From positions 1 to 64,000 of the forward strand of contig CAVWIP010000016.1 of NCBI GenBank assembly GCA_963755125.1: DNA of 64,000 nucleotides, in the 5' to 3' direction. Source of the DNA: an uncultured delta proteobacterium. GTDB lineage: Bacteria > Myxococcota_A > Polyangia > Fen-1088. Position numbers and translations under genes: made by a program. The notes beneath the pieces were generated by a model that was not told the origin of the DNA, searched no databases, and saw only the letters and a program-made list of their open reading frames with translations. Shown piece after piece: positions 9,342-18,759 of the stretch; position 1 is the stretch's first letter; the number at the start of each line of letters is the position of its first letter.

Positions 9342-9633
9342 CCAGGGATGCGCTTCATGCGGCTCCATCTCCGCCGGAAGAACCAGGCAGAGTTCGCACC
9401 GGAAGGGTGTTCATCCCTTGCGCCCAGTGTGCCCTCGGACCACTTTGCTGATAAATCTGGCACCCGCCCGTGGCTGCGCCGGGGTCTGTCTTCATCCCGC
9501 CGCAACCGCGCCGAGCGCGGGTGAAACGCCGCGCTTCCTCGCCGTCGTCTCCAGCCATGCTCGTCCCGGCAGCGTCAGCCATAGAGTCGAGCCTACGCCT
9601 TGCCCTATCGTTCGCCAAGCGGCCAGCCGGCTT

Positions 9634-9710
9634 TGACCTCCCAGGTCATGTTCCCGGTGGACTTGATCTGCCAGGTCATGTCTTCGCTGCTGACTTGATC
9701 TCCTGGATCA
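9634..9710. promoter_or_regulatory. Three phased palindromic boxes TGAYCT-N3-RGRTCA
   Basis: TGACCTcccAGGTCA 9634, TGATCTgccAGGTCA 9664, TGATCTcctGGATCA 9696. Confidence 0.6.
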
Positions 9711-9841
9711 TGGTGAGCCAACCGGGATGCCGGGCTGGTGTGCTGGCCATGCTGGAGAACTCGGTGTTTTTCTTGCCCGCAGTTCACCTTGACACTCATC
9801 GAACGCGGCAGAAGAGTGGCGCGGAAGAAATGGAGGCAACG

Positions 9842-10156
9842 ATGCGTTGGTACCACTATGTGGCGTACTTTTTCGGGGGCGCGTTCCTCGCGAACACGCT
9901 GCCCCACCTGGGCAATGGGATCTCAGGACACCCGTTCCAGAGTCCGTTTGCGTCGCCGCCAGGTGAAGGCTTGTCCTCCTCGACGGTCAACGTCCTGTGG
10001 GGGCTCTTCAATCTGGCCGTCGGCTACTTGCTTGTCTGTCGCGTGGGGAAATTCGATCTGCGCAAGACCCGCCACGTGCTCGTCCTTGGGGCAGGTATCG
10101 TGATCATTTCGGTCATGCTTGCCCATGCGTTCGGTCGGTTCCACGGCGGACTTTGA
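9842..10156 (+). CDS. Small membrane protein, hypothetical
   Basis: GGAGG RBS; MRWYHYVAYFFGGAFLAN...PFQSPFASPPG; three hydrophobic segments. Confidence 0.8.
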   Translation: MRWYHYVAYFFGGAFLANTLPHLGNGISGHPFQSPFASPPGEGLSSSTVNVLWGLFNLAVGYLLVCRVGKFDLRKTRHVLVLGAGIVIISVMLAHAFGRFHGGL

Positions 10157-10186
10157 TCTGGCCGACAGGCCCTGCCGTATCTTTGC

Positions 10187-11353
10187 GTGCCTCCCACCGC
10201 GATCATCCACCTGGACATGGACGCGTTCTTCGCGTCGGTGGAGCAACGCGATTCTCCTGACCTGCGCGGCAAGCCTGTGATCGTAGGAGGCGACCGTCGT
10301 CGTGGAGTCGTGCTGGCGGCATCGTATGAGGTGAGACCGTTCGGGGTGTACTCGGCCATGCCCATGGCGGTCGCCATGCGACGCGCACCCAAGGCCATCG
10401 TGGTTCCGCCGCGCATGACAGCGTACGAGGAAGCGAGCGATGCCGTCTTCGCCATCATGAGCAAGGTCACGCCGCTCATCGAACCGGTCTCGCTTGATGA
10501 GGCATTTCTGGACGTGACGGCATCAGTCAAGCTGTTCGGCACTCCCAGCCAGATAGCCACCAACCTACGGGCGCGGATTGCATCTGAGGTTGGGTTGCCA
10601 TCATCGGCTGGAATCGCGTCGGTGAAGTTCGTGGCCAAGATCGCATCTGACCTGGCCAAGCCGAACAGGCAGAAGGAAGTCGCCCCGGAAGAGGCCCGCA
10701 AGTTTCTCGCCCCGTTGCCCGTCGGACGTCTCTGGGGCGTGGGTCCGAAAACCGAGGCTGCTCTGACAGACCTTGGGCTTCGTACCGTCGGGCAGATTGC
10801 AGCTTCTGATCCAGAATGGCTCGACAGGCGCATCTTCGGTGGGCGCGATCTCTGGGAACTGGCATGTGGGATCGATCTGCGACCAGTTGTTCCCGACCGC
10901 GAGGCGAAAAGCATCGGTGCCGAGGACACATTTGACGAGGACCTGGCTGGCACGGATGCACTGCTGCCCCATGTGCACTCGCAGGCTCTGCGTGTGGGAC
11001 GGCGTCTGCGACTGGCGGGCAGAAAAACAACGGTGGTGCAGCTCAAGCTGAAGCTGGCGGACTTCACGCTGCTCACGCGCCAGACCACGCTGCACGAGCC
11101 GACCGACGATGGCCAGGAGATCTATCGAGCCGCGAGCACTCTCCTGCTGGCGGAGAAACTGAAACAGAAGGTCAGGCTCACGGGTGTATCGGCGCAGTCG
11201 CTCGTTGGTGAAGGCGGGCAGCTGCCACTTTTCGATTCCGACCGCCGCATCGGTCGGCTCAACGCCGTCCTCGACCGCATCCACGACAAGTTCGGCTCGG
11301 CTGCGCTGACCACGGCGGACCTGCACGAGACACCAGGCAAGAAACGGGAATAG
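10187..11353 (+). CDS. dinB: DNA polymerase IV
   Basis: IIHLDMDAFFASVEQ, SYE.R.FGV.SAMP, SLDEAFLD, AKIASDLAKP, WGVG. Confidence 0.96.
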   Translation: MPPTAIIHLDMDAFFASVEQRDSPDLRGKPVIVGGDRRRGVVLAASYEVRPFGVYSAMPMAVAMRRAPKAIVVPPRMTAYEEASDAVFAIMSKVTPLIEPVSLDEAFLDVTASVKLFGTPSQIATNLRARIASEVGLPSSAGIASVKFVAKIASDLAKPNRQKEVAPEEARKFLAPLPVGRLWGVGPKTEAALTDLGLRTVGQIAASDPEWLDRRIFGGRDLWELACGIDLRPVVPDREAKSIGAEDTFDEDLAGTDALLPHVHSQALRVGRRLRLAGRKTTVVQLKLKLADFTLLTRQTTLHEPTDDGQEIYRAASTLLLAEKLKQKVRLTGVSAQSLVGEGGQLPLFDSDRRIGRLNAVLDRIHDKFGSAALTTADLHETPGKKRE

Positions 11354-11383
11354 CGGTGACGACCTGCTTCCGAATGCTGTGTT

Positions 11384-11458
11384 GAGTTAGCTATGTCCGT
11401 TTGAATTGATGGCGGCCCCATGAACCTGGGTCACGCGCAGTAGGGGATAGGGTAGGTC
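11384..11458 (+). repeat. Dispersed element, copy B
   Basis: GAGTTAGCTATGTCC...CCCATGAACCTGGGTC...GGGTAGGTC; matches 19906-19979. Confidence 0.7.
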
Positions 11459-11584
11459 GGCTTGGTGGTCTACCTCCACCGCAGGGACCACCGGTGCCAC
11501 AGGCGGGAGCGCTGGTACCACGCCCTATTGCTCGGTATAGAATAGAAACCTAACTTGCTCCGTCCAAGCTTCAGGAGGAATCTG

Positions 11585-12535
11585 ATGAAACGCGTCGCAA
11601 AGCTATTATTCGCACTCTTGATGGGGGGATTCGCTCTGTCGAGCTGCTTCGTGCGCCCCGCACCGGTGTACGTCCAGTCTGCGCCACCGCCCCCTGCACC
11701 CGTATATGTTCAGCCGGCACCGCCCCCTCCCGAGCCGACCTATCAGGCTGCGCCACCGCCGCCCGTGCAATATGAGGTCGAACCTCAAGTCGTTATTGAA
11801 GTTGCGCCTCCTCCGCCCACCGTCGAAGTTCGTTCCCGGCCGCCAGGTCCTGGGTACGTTTGGTGCGAAGGCTACTGGGATTGGACCGGCTCCCAGTGGT
11901 ACTGGATCAGAGGATACTGGGCACCAAACCGTCCTGGGTATGTCTACGTGCACCCACGCTACGTCCACGAAGGCAACCGCTGGGTGTACCATCGCTCCTA
12001 CTGGAACGGGCCGGGCAACCATCGGGATTACAACTACGCCCAGCCTGAGCGACCTTGGCGGCCTGCTCCACCGCCGAGTGCAGGCGGCATGAACCGTGGG
12101 GTCTCTCCGGCTGCTGAGCGTGCTGAGAGAGAAAAAGCGGAGAAAACTGAGAAGGCTCGGGCGGCAGAGGCTGAAAAGGTGGAGAAGGCCGAGAAAGCCA
12201 AGAACGAGAAGGCCGAAAAAGCTCGGGCTGCGGAAGCTGAGAAGGCCGAGAAAGCCGAGAAGGCCAAGAACGAGAAGGCCGAGAAAGCTCGGGCTGCGGA
12301 AGCTGAAAAGGCCGAGAAGGCCAAGGCTGCTGAGAGAGAAAAGGCTGAAAAGGCCGAGAAAGCCAAGAACGAGAAGGCCGAAAAAACCGCTGCTGCTGAG
12401 AGAGAAAAGGCCGAAAAGGCCAAGGCTGCTGAGAGAGAAAAGGCTGCGAAGGCCGAGAAGGCCAAGGCTGCAGAAGCTGAAAAGAACGCCAAGGCCAAGA
12501 ACGAGAAAGCCAAGAAGACTGGCAAGGACAAGTAG
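11585..12535 (+). CDS. YXWGXW-repeat lipoprotein with Ala/Glu/Lys-rich C-terminal tail
   Basis: LSSC lipobox, Pro-rich region, PGPGYVWCEGYWDW...WIRGYW, then about 140 aa of AEKAEKA repeats. Confidence 0.88.
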   Translation: MKRVAKLLFALLMGGFALSSCFVRPAPVYVQSAPPPPAPVYVQPAPPPPEPTYQAAPPPPVQYEVEPQVVIEVAPPPPTVEVRSRPPGPGYVWCEGYWDWTGSQWYWIRGYWAPNRPGYVYVHPRYVHEGNRWVYHRSYWNGPGNHRDYNYAQPERPWRPAPPPSAGGMNRGVSPAAERAEREKAEKTEKARAAEAEKVEKAEKAKNEKAEKARAAEAEKAEKAEKAKNEKAEKARAAEAEKAEKAKAAEREKAEKAEKAKNEKAEKTAAAEREKAEKAKAAEREKAAKAEKAKAAEAEKNAKAKNEKAKKTGKDK

Positions 12536-12623
12536 GTAGCTGAAGACCGAGACGGCTCGTCAGGCATCGTGCGCTACCTGGCAGGGGGTCATACATACCG
12601 CTCCTCGGCGGGGTGATCGTGGC

Positions 12624-14018
12624 TTACGTCTTTGTCCCGCGTGCGCAGCGGAATCCCAGATCGAAAATGCGGATATCAGGGGCGAGCCCGATGCGCATGG
12701 CCGTGCGAACCCTGGCCGGATCGTTGTCGTTCCAACCTCCGCCACGGATCGCGCGGGGCGCTGCATCGGATTTGGACCTTTGCGAATTCGTAACCAGTTT
12801 CTCACCGTAGTCGGCAAAGGTGTCAGCAGTCCATTCCCAGACGTTGCCCGCCATGTCCAGAACGCCGAAGGGACTGGCGCCCTTGGGATAGCTGCCCACG
12901 AGTGCTGTGACTAGCCACCCGTCATCGCCCGCGTACATGGCTTCCCATGCCTCATCAAGGCGTTCTCTTCCCATCCACGCGCACTCGGCACCACAGGCGT
13001 TCAGCCGGGTCGCATCCGGCTCCTCATTGCCCCAGGGATAGTTGCGACTGTCGTTACCGCGGGCTGCGTATTCCCATTCTGCCTCGGTGGGTAGGCGGCC
13101 ACCGGTCCATTGGCAATAGGTGGTGGCCTGATTCCAGTCCACGCAGTTGATCGGGTGCTGGTCCAAGCCCATCTTCCCCCATGTGCAGAACTGACTCCAT
13201 TTCGTTTTGTCTTCGGGCGTGTAATCCCTCCACTCGACCGTTGCGGTCGGGGCGCGACAGCCGCCCGCCTGCACGCAGGCGAGGAAGGCAGCGACGGTCA
13301 CCTCAGTCTTGTCTATGCAGTAGGCTGAGAGCGACACTTGGTGTACAGGCCCGGCGTCCAGATCGCCATCCCCCATCGAGAACGTCCCGCCAGGGATGGA
13401 CACCTGGTTCGCTGCGCAGCCACGCACCGGCTGGGGAGCTGGATGCGGCGGCGAGGGCTTCGCCGTCCCTGGTTCGAGACTTTGGGGTTGCGCCGATGGG
13501 ACTGGCGGCGCCGCTGGGCGACGCCCGACGTTGTTGGCCACGAGATTGCGACTGTGCTCATGCAGTTGGCGCAGGAGATCACTCGGGCTCTTGCTTTCGA
13601 TCTGGTCCGTGGCCAGCAGAGTGCCACCCTTGGTCTCATACAGCTTCAGGGCGATCACGAAAGCGGGATCGGTCCACGCCACCGAGCCGGACACCACGAG
13701 GTCCGCACCGATGTTCCGCGCAGTCTCCACGTCGCAGTCTCCCTCCGCGCAGCCTTTCTTCCCCATTTTCTTGAGCAACACCATCATGTTCTCGCGGGTC
13801 ATCACATCAATCCCGCGCCCTCCCAGCCCCTCGACAGCCCCGCTACGAACCGCGTCCATAAGACTGTCCAGCACGTCGGCCTCAATCTTCGCACCCTTGA
13901 ATTCCAAGACTACCATCCGTTTGCTTGCCGTCTGGGAAACCGCCGAGTGCCCGACCAGCAACTCGCACACGAGGCCGATGAAGGTGGCCAAGTACAATGA
14001 CCGAGGGAGAATCCACAT
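12624..14018 (-). CDS. FGE-sulfatase (SUMF1/EgtB/PvdO) domain protein, secreted
   Basis: GGTFSMG, DKTEVT, RLPTEAEWEYAARG, DMAGNVWEW, RGGGW, GFRC. Confidence 0.9.
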   Translation of the reverse strand: MWILPRSLYLATFIGLVCELLVGHSAVSQTASKRMVVLEFKGAKIEADVLDSLMDAVRSGAVEGLGGRGIDVMTRENMMVLLKKMGKKGCAEGDCDVETARNIGADLVVSGSVAWTDPAFVIALKLYETKGGTLLATDQIESKSPSDLLRQLHEHSRNLVANNVGRRPAAPPVPSAQPQSLEPGTAKPSPPHPAPQPVRGCAANQVSIPGGTFSMGDGDLDAGPVHQVSLSAYCIDKTEVTVAAFLACVQAGGCRAPTATVEWRDYTPEDKTKWSQFCTWGKMGLDQHPINCVDWNQATTYCQWTGGRLPTEAEWEYAARGNDSRNYPWGNEEPDATRLNACGAECAWMGRERLDEAWEAMYAGDDGWLVTALVGSYPKGASPFGVLDMAGNVWEWTADTFADYGEKLVTNSQRSKSDAAPRAIRGGGWNDNDPARVRTAMRIGLAPDIRIFDLGFRCARGTKT

Positions 14019-14123
14019 GGCCGTACTCTCTCACGTCGCCAGCGGCCCGTACATGACTGGCTGGCTCTTGGCTCCGCGGGTGCCGACGGTCGCTCTTGCT
14101 GTGGCACCTCTCCGCAGATTCCT

Positions 14124-14170
14124 GCCGGCCTCATGAACCCGGGTCATGCATACCCGGGGGCTGGGTACGT
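14124..14170 (+). repeat. Dispersed element, copy C (partial)
   Basis: CATGAACCCGGGTCATGCATACCCGGGGG..GGGTA; nearly identical to 19941-19970. Confidence 0.65.
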
Positions 14171-14279
14171 TGAAAGTACAACGCAGGCGTTCATTGACAG
14201 GCGCTAGAACAGTTGCTATTTCCACTACGAACCTCGGCCCCTGCTCTCCCACGGACGACTATTTGTTCACCGGGGGGGC

Positions 14280-14537
14280 AACTGTCTCACTCATGTTGGC
14301 ACAGAGGGCTGTCTTTCGACTGCACCAGACGCAGCCGCGCCTGATGCAGCCGAGGTGGTCAGCCCGGATGGCTCGGCTGATGAATTGGGCAACGACTCCT
14401 GCGTTACACCTACAGAAGGCACGGCGTGCTCGGCCGCCGCAACGGTGTGTCTGCCCAATTCGTGCTGTGGGATCTACTGGGTGTGCACCAATGGGCGATG
14501 GGCCTATGGGATTCCCTGTCCCTGCGTCCTCATTTGA
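14280..14537 (+). pseudogene. 3' fragment of a Cys-rich lipoprotein gene
   Basis: CLSTAPDAAAPDAAEVVSPDGS matches CLSTATDAAAPDADGVANPDGS at ~3527-3595, followed by a different Cys-rich module; no leader. Confidence 0.55.
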
Positions 14538-14654
14538 CCGGCACTGCGTCGATGTCCACACCACCACCCAGCAACTACGATCCTTTCCAGTACACTCCCC
14601 CGGGTGGATAATAGAGCATCCAGGGTTCCTGTCTCACGTGCAACCGGAGGCACC

Positions 14655-15812
14655 ATGTTGAATCGTATCGGTTCTGCTTTCGTGAAGTTGACCGTCGTGT
14701 CCATGTTGGTCATTCTCATCGGTGCAATCGGGTGCAGCAGTGATGGGAGTGTCAAGTCTGACAGCGGTGGTGCCACCAGTTTTGCGCCGACGGGCAGCAT
14801 GACTGCGGCAAGGGAGTTTCACACGGCGACGTTGTTGTCGAGCGGCATGGTGCTCATCGCCGGCGGAGACGATGGCCACGGCGATGCTCTCGCGAGTGCG
14901 GAGCTGTACGACCCGACGGCCGGAACATTCACGGCCACCGGCAGCACGACAGTGGGAAGGTACTACCACACGGCGATGTTGTTGCCCAACGGGAAGGTGC
15001 TCATCGTCGGCGGAGACGATGGCCACGGCGATGCTCTTGCGAGTGCGGAGCTGTATGACCCAACGGCCGGGATATTTGCGTCCACTGGCGACATGACCGC
15101 GGCGAGGGAGTTTCACACGACGACGTTGCTGGTCAACGGGTTGGTGCTTACCACCGGCGGATTTGATACCGATGGGAATTCCCTCTCAAGCGCAGAGATG
15201 TACGACCCAGCGACCGGGATATTCACGGCCACCGGTAGCATGAGCCAGCATAGGGTTGGCCATACAGCGACGTTGCTGGTCAACGGGGTGGTGCTTATCG
15301 CTGGCGGGCTTGATGCCGGCGGGAATTCCCTCTCAAGCGCGGAGCTATACGACCCGGCGACCGGGATATTCGCAGCAACTGGCAGCATGGCCGTGGCAAG
15401 GTACGTTCACTCGGCGACGTTGCTGGTCAACGGGATGGTGCTTATCGCCGGCGGGTTCGATGCCGAGGCGAATTCCCTCTCAAGCGCGGAGCTATACGAC
15501 CCGGCGACCGGGATATTCGCGGCCACCGGCAGCATGAACCAGCATAGGGTTGGCCATACGGCGACGTTGCTGGTCAACGGGATGGTGCTTATCGCCGGTG
15601 GTGCCGAACTCGTCAATGTGACTCCGGATCTGTACGACCCGGCGGCCGGGACATTTGCAGCCACTGGCGACATGACCACGGCGAGGGAGTTTCACACGGC
15701 GACTTTGTTGTCGAGCGGCATGGTGCTCATCGCCGGCGGAAACGGGCTGGTGCTCACCGCCAGCGGGCAAGATGACAGCGGGAATCTGGCGAGCGCGGAA
15801 TTGTACGAATAG
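14655..15812 (+). CDS. Kelch-repeat beta-propeller lipoprotein
   Basis: Seven TGSM..R..HTATLL..G.VLIAGG...AELYDP repeats; AIGC lipobox; GGAGG RBS. Confidence 0.93.
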   Translation: MLNRIGSAFVKLTVVSMLVILIGAIGCSSDGSVKSDSGGATSFAPTGSMTAAREFHTATLLSSGMVLIAGGDDGHGDALASAELYDPTAGTFTATGSTTVGRYYHTAMLLPNGKVLIVGGDDGHGDALASAELYDPTAGIFASTGDMTAAREFHTTTLLVNGLVLTTGGFDTDGNSLSSAEMYDPATGIFTATGSMSQHRVGHTATLLVNGVVLIAGGLDAGGNSLSSAELYDPATGIFAATGSMAVARYVHSATLLVNGMVLIAGGFDAEANSLSSAELYDPATGIFAATGSMNQHRVGHTATLLVNGMVLIAGGAELVNVTPDLYDPAAGTFAATGDMTTAREFHTATLLSSGMVLIAGGNGLVLTASGQDDSGNLASAELYE

Positions 15813-15877
15813 CCTCGACAGCCTCTACCAGCCGAAGATGCGTCGGCCAGGGAAGCGCAGGTGCTTTTCGCTGCGTC

Positions 15878-15952
15878 GAGTAAGCTTCACAATTCGGGTC
15901 CCCTTTGATCCGCGTGCCCACGGTCGTCCACACACCAGGGACCCGGTATGTC
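15878..15952 (+). repeat. Dispersed element, copy D
   Basis: GAGTAAGCT...CCCTTTGATCCGCGTGCCCACGGTCGTCCACACACCAGGG...GGTATGTC; matches 94-164. Confidence 0.7.
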
Positions 15953-15982
15953 GAGTCTCGAAGCCGTGCTAGTGTTCTCGCC

Positions 15983-16387
15983 ATGAGACTTTTCGGCGCA
16001 CTCCTCTTCGCCATCTGCGCACTCTCCCTCCTTCCCGCTTGCAGCGGCGGCGGATGCCACGGTACGCAGGAGAACTTCAACGTGACGCCCTCGGAGAGTT
16101 GCCTTGAGCCCGTGCTTGATGCCTGCGACGCTGAAATCGGAGCGCTGACCCTGCAGAACAACTGCTCCGACGCACTGGTCATACCCGATTCTGGCGGAAG
16201 CGCCGGTGCTCCTGACACGGGCGTCGTGGATTTCACACAGGTCGAAGTGACTATTGCTCCAGGCGAGAAGGCCTATTTCAGTTGCACCGCTTTCGCCGAT
16301 TCGTCCAATAGTAAACTATGGCATGTAACGATTCCCGCCCTACTGGGCTCGACATCAATCACGATCTCCTTTGATATTGCGCGGTAG
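15983..16387 (+). CDS. Small lipoprotein, hypothetical
   Basis: MRLFGALLFAICALSLLPAC signal and lipobox. Confidence 0.7.
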   Translation: MRLFGALLFAICALSLLPACSGGGCHGTQENFNVTPSESCLEPVLDACDAEIGALTLQNNCSDALVIPDSGGSAGAPDTGVVDFTQVEVTIAPGEKAYFSCTAFADSSNSKLWHVTIPALLGSTSITISFDIAR

Positions 16388-16799
16388 CTCGTGCGCGACG
16401 GCGAAGTCGTGTGAGGCAATCTTCTCATCAGCGTCATCACCGAAAAGTAGCTTCGCCGTGCGCCAGTACCGCGCCCACGACAGTCGCAACCCGCGCTCCG
16501 GCTGGAGCGGACGCGAAGGCCAGAGGTTGGCCACGCGCCCACGGCGGCGAAAAGCTCGGCCCACCCCCTGAACCACCAGGGCCAAATTCAAGCCGGCTGA
16601 GCCTGCTTGAACGTGGAGACGCCTTCACACATCCTCGTCGGTTGACGTTGAGCGGTACTTATTGATTCACCCGCCAGGCCCACCGCCGTCGTACAATGGG
16701 TATTTGTGGGACGACGGTTTACGTGGTGTGCCTTGGGACGACAGACCGCTCGGCAGACACGGCCCGCAACACAGGAGAAACTGACATGAGGCGATCGAC

Positions 16800-18365
16800 A
16801 TGACTCAAGCTGCTCAGAATCCGTGTTGGGTCCGAATTGGCGTGGGCATCTTATTGGCCATCGCCTTGGATGCCTGCTCAGGGGGCAGCGGAACAGCCAG
16901 TTCCGGTGGAAGCACGAGCCCAACTACTGCCGGGTCAGGAGGCGTAGCCGGCGCGGCCCAGGGAGGTGCGGTTGGCTCGGGTGGGTCCAATGTTGGAGGT
17001 GGCGGAAACGCTGGAGGCACTGTCAGCGTCGGTGGGACCACGAGCACTGGCGGTACGACGAACGCCGGTGGCTCCAGGTCGACTGGTGGAACCACCGGCA
17101 TCGGTGGAGCTACAGCTACTGGCGGCACGGCCAGCGCCGGTGGGTCGAGAGCAAGCGGCGGTACCACCAACGCCGGCGGGTCCGGGTCGACTGGCGGCAT
17201 CACCAGCATCGGTGGATCTACTCCCACGGGCGGGACGACCAGCACCAGTGGCAGGTCAACCGGAGACACCACCGACACGGGAGGAACAATAAGTACCGGA
17301 GGCAACGCCGGTAGTGCGACGACCGGCGGCACCACTGGTACAGGGGCCTCGTCCGGGACATGCCAGCCGGCTACCTGCGGGTCGCACAAGTGGGCCTGCT
17401 GGCCGATGCCCAACGCGGCCGGCAGCGGGCTGCCCAATCCCGCAAGCTACACGGCGGTGGGCACCGAAGCGGTGCTCGACAACGTCACCTGCCTCACCTG
17501 GCAGAAGACCGAGGGGTCGCCAGCGGCCAGCACGTTTAGCGTGGCCATGCCGGATACCCTCGCCAACAACATTGCGTATTGCGCCGGCCTCGCCAGCAGC
17601 AGCTATGCAGGGTTCAGCGACTGGCGCGTTCCGACCCGCGTTGAACTGGCATCCATTGTGGACTACACCAAGACAACCGGTGAAGCGGTCAATGCGACGT
17701 TCGCTTGGGCAGTGGGCAAGGGCACGTATGATCGCACCTTCTCACTCTGGTACGAGACCATCGCAGGAATCAATAACGCCGACCTCGGCTGGGTGTACAA
17801 CCTGGGCACAGGGACGTACCCCGGAGGCGGTGGGCTCGTGAGCAACGCCTACGCTGAAACGAGCACAGCCAACGTCCGCTGTGTTCGCGGCAATGGCGCG
17901 GGCGAGACGGAGATGGAGCAGGCGGTGGAGCCGCCCAATCACTACACGGTGGCCAGCGGCGAAGTGACGGACAACTATACTGGCCTCATCTGGCAGCAGG
18001 ACGACTCGAGTGCGAACAATGGGGCGCAGGTGGCATGGTCGGCTGCGGCAGGCTACTGCTCAAGCTTGACTCTCAACGGCCACACATGGCGCGTGCCGAG
18101 CCTCAACGAACTCGCCACGTTGGTGAACGAGGGCAAGGTGCAACCCGCTATCAACACAACCGTCTTTCCGGGCACGCATCCCACATCAAGCGACTCGGGT
18201 TGTAAATACCAAGGTCAGACAACGTGGTACTGGGCAAGTGAGCCCCTGGCCACGGAGACAACCTATGGCTGGGGTATCGACTTCTGCGACGGGTACACGG
18301 GCGCCAACAATGCAACGTCGGGCTGGAATTTCTACACGACCGCGTGGGTGAAGTGCGTTCGGTAA
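16800..18365 (+). CDS. Lipoprotein with Gly/Thr linker and two DUF1566 (Lcl C-terminal) domains
   Basis: DNVTCLTWQ...DWRVPTRVEL...VRCVR and DNYTGLIWQ...WRVPSLNEL...VKCVR. Confidence 0.9.
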   Translation: MTQAAQNPCWVRIGVGILLAIALDACSGGSGTASSGGSTSPTTAGSGGVAGAAQGGAVGSGGSNVGGGGNAGGTVSVGGTTSTGGTTNAGGSRSTGGTTGIGGATATGGTASAGGSRASGGTTNAGGSGSTGGITSIGGSTPTGGTTSTSGRSTGDTTDTGGTISTGGNAGSATTGGTTGTGASSGTCQPATCGSHKWACWPMPNAAGSGLPNPASYTAVGTEAVLDNVTCLTWQKTEGSPAASTFSVAMPDTLANNIAYCAGLASSSYAGFSDWRVPTRVELASIVDYTKTTGEAVNATFAWAVGKGTYDRTFSLWYETIAGINNADLGWVYNLGTGTYPGGGGLVSNAYAETSTANVRCVRGNGAGETEMEQAVEPPNHYTVASGEVTDNYTGLIWQQDDSSANNGAQVAWSAAAGYCSSLTLNGHTWRVPSLNELATLVNEGKVQPAINTTVFPGTHPTSSDSGCKYQGQTTWYWASEPLATETTYGWGIDFCDGYTGANNATSGWNFYTTAWVKCVR

Positions 18366-18759
18366 AACGAGAACACAGCGAGTCGATTGGGCCACATGTG
18401 TCTTCCGGTGGATTGCCCCTGCAGCCGGCACTGCTGGCCAGAGCCTGTCATGCTCGGGGCATCACCACTTCCCGTGATTTCCGCTTCCTACTACTGGCAT
18501 CCCCCATCACCGGCTCTCGCCACGCGTCGCCTAGAAATAAAGATTCAGGACAACGCTGTCTGACGGATCATTCTGGTTCACGAGTGTGGCAGCCAGGTGC
18601 CCGTGGGTCAGATAGTTGATTAGAGTGCCCGGAACAACGTGCGGAGAAACGGATGTCGGCGTTAGTTGCCAGTTGCCCTGGGGTGGCAGACCGAGTCCGG
18701 CAGGCACGATCAAAGTGATCGCCTCTACCTGATCTCAGAATGTCAGTCTCGGGATATCT

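Noticed and set aside
11907..12596. Antisense ORFs with SRPS / AFSAFS repeats
   Set aside because: Shadow frames of the AEK repeat gene.
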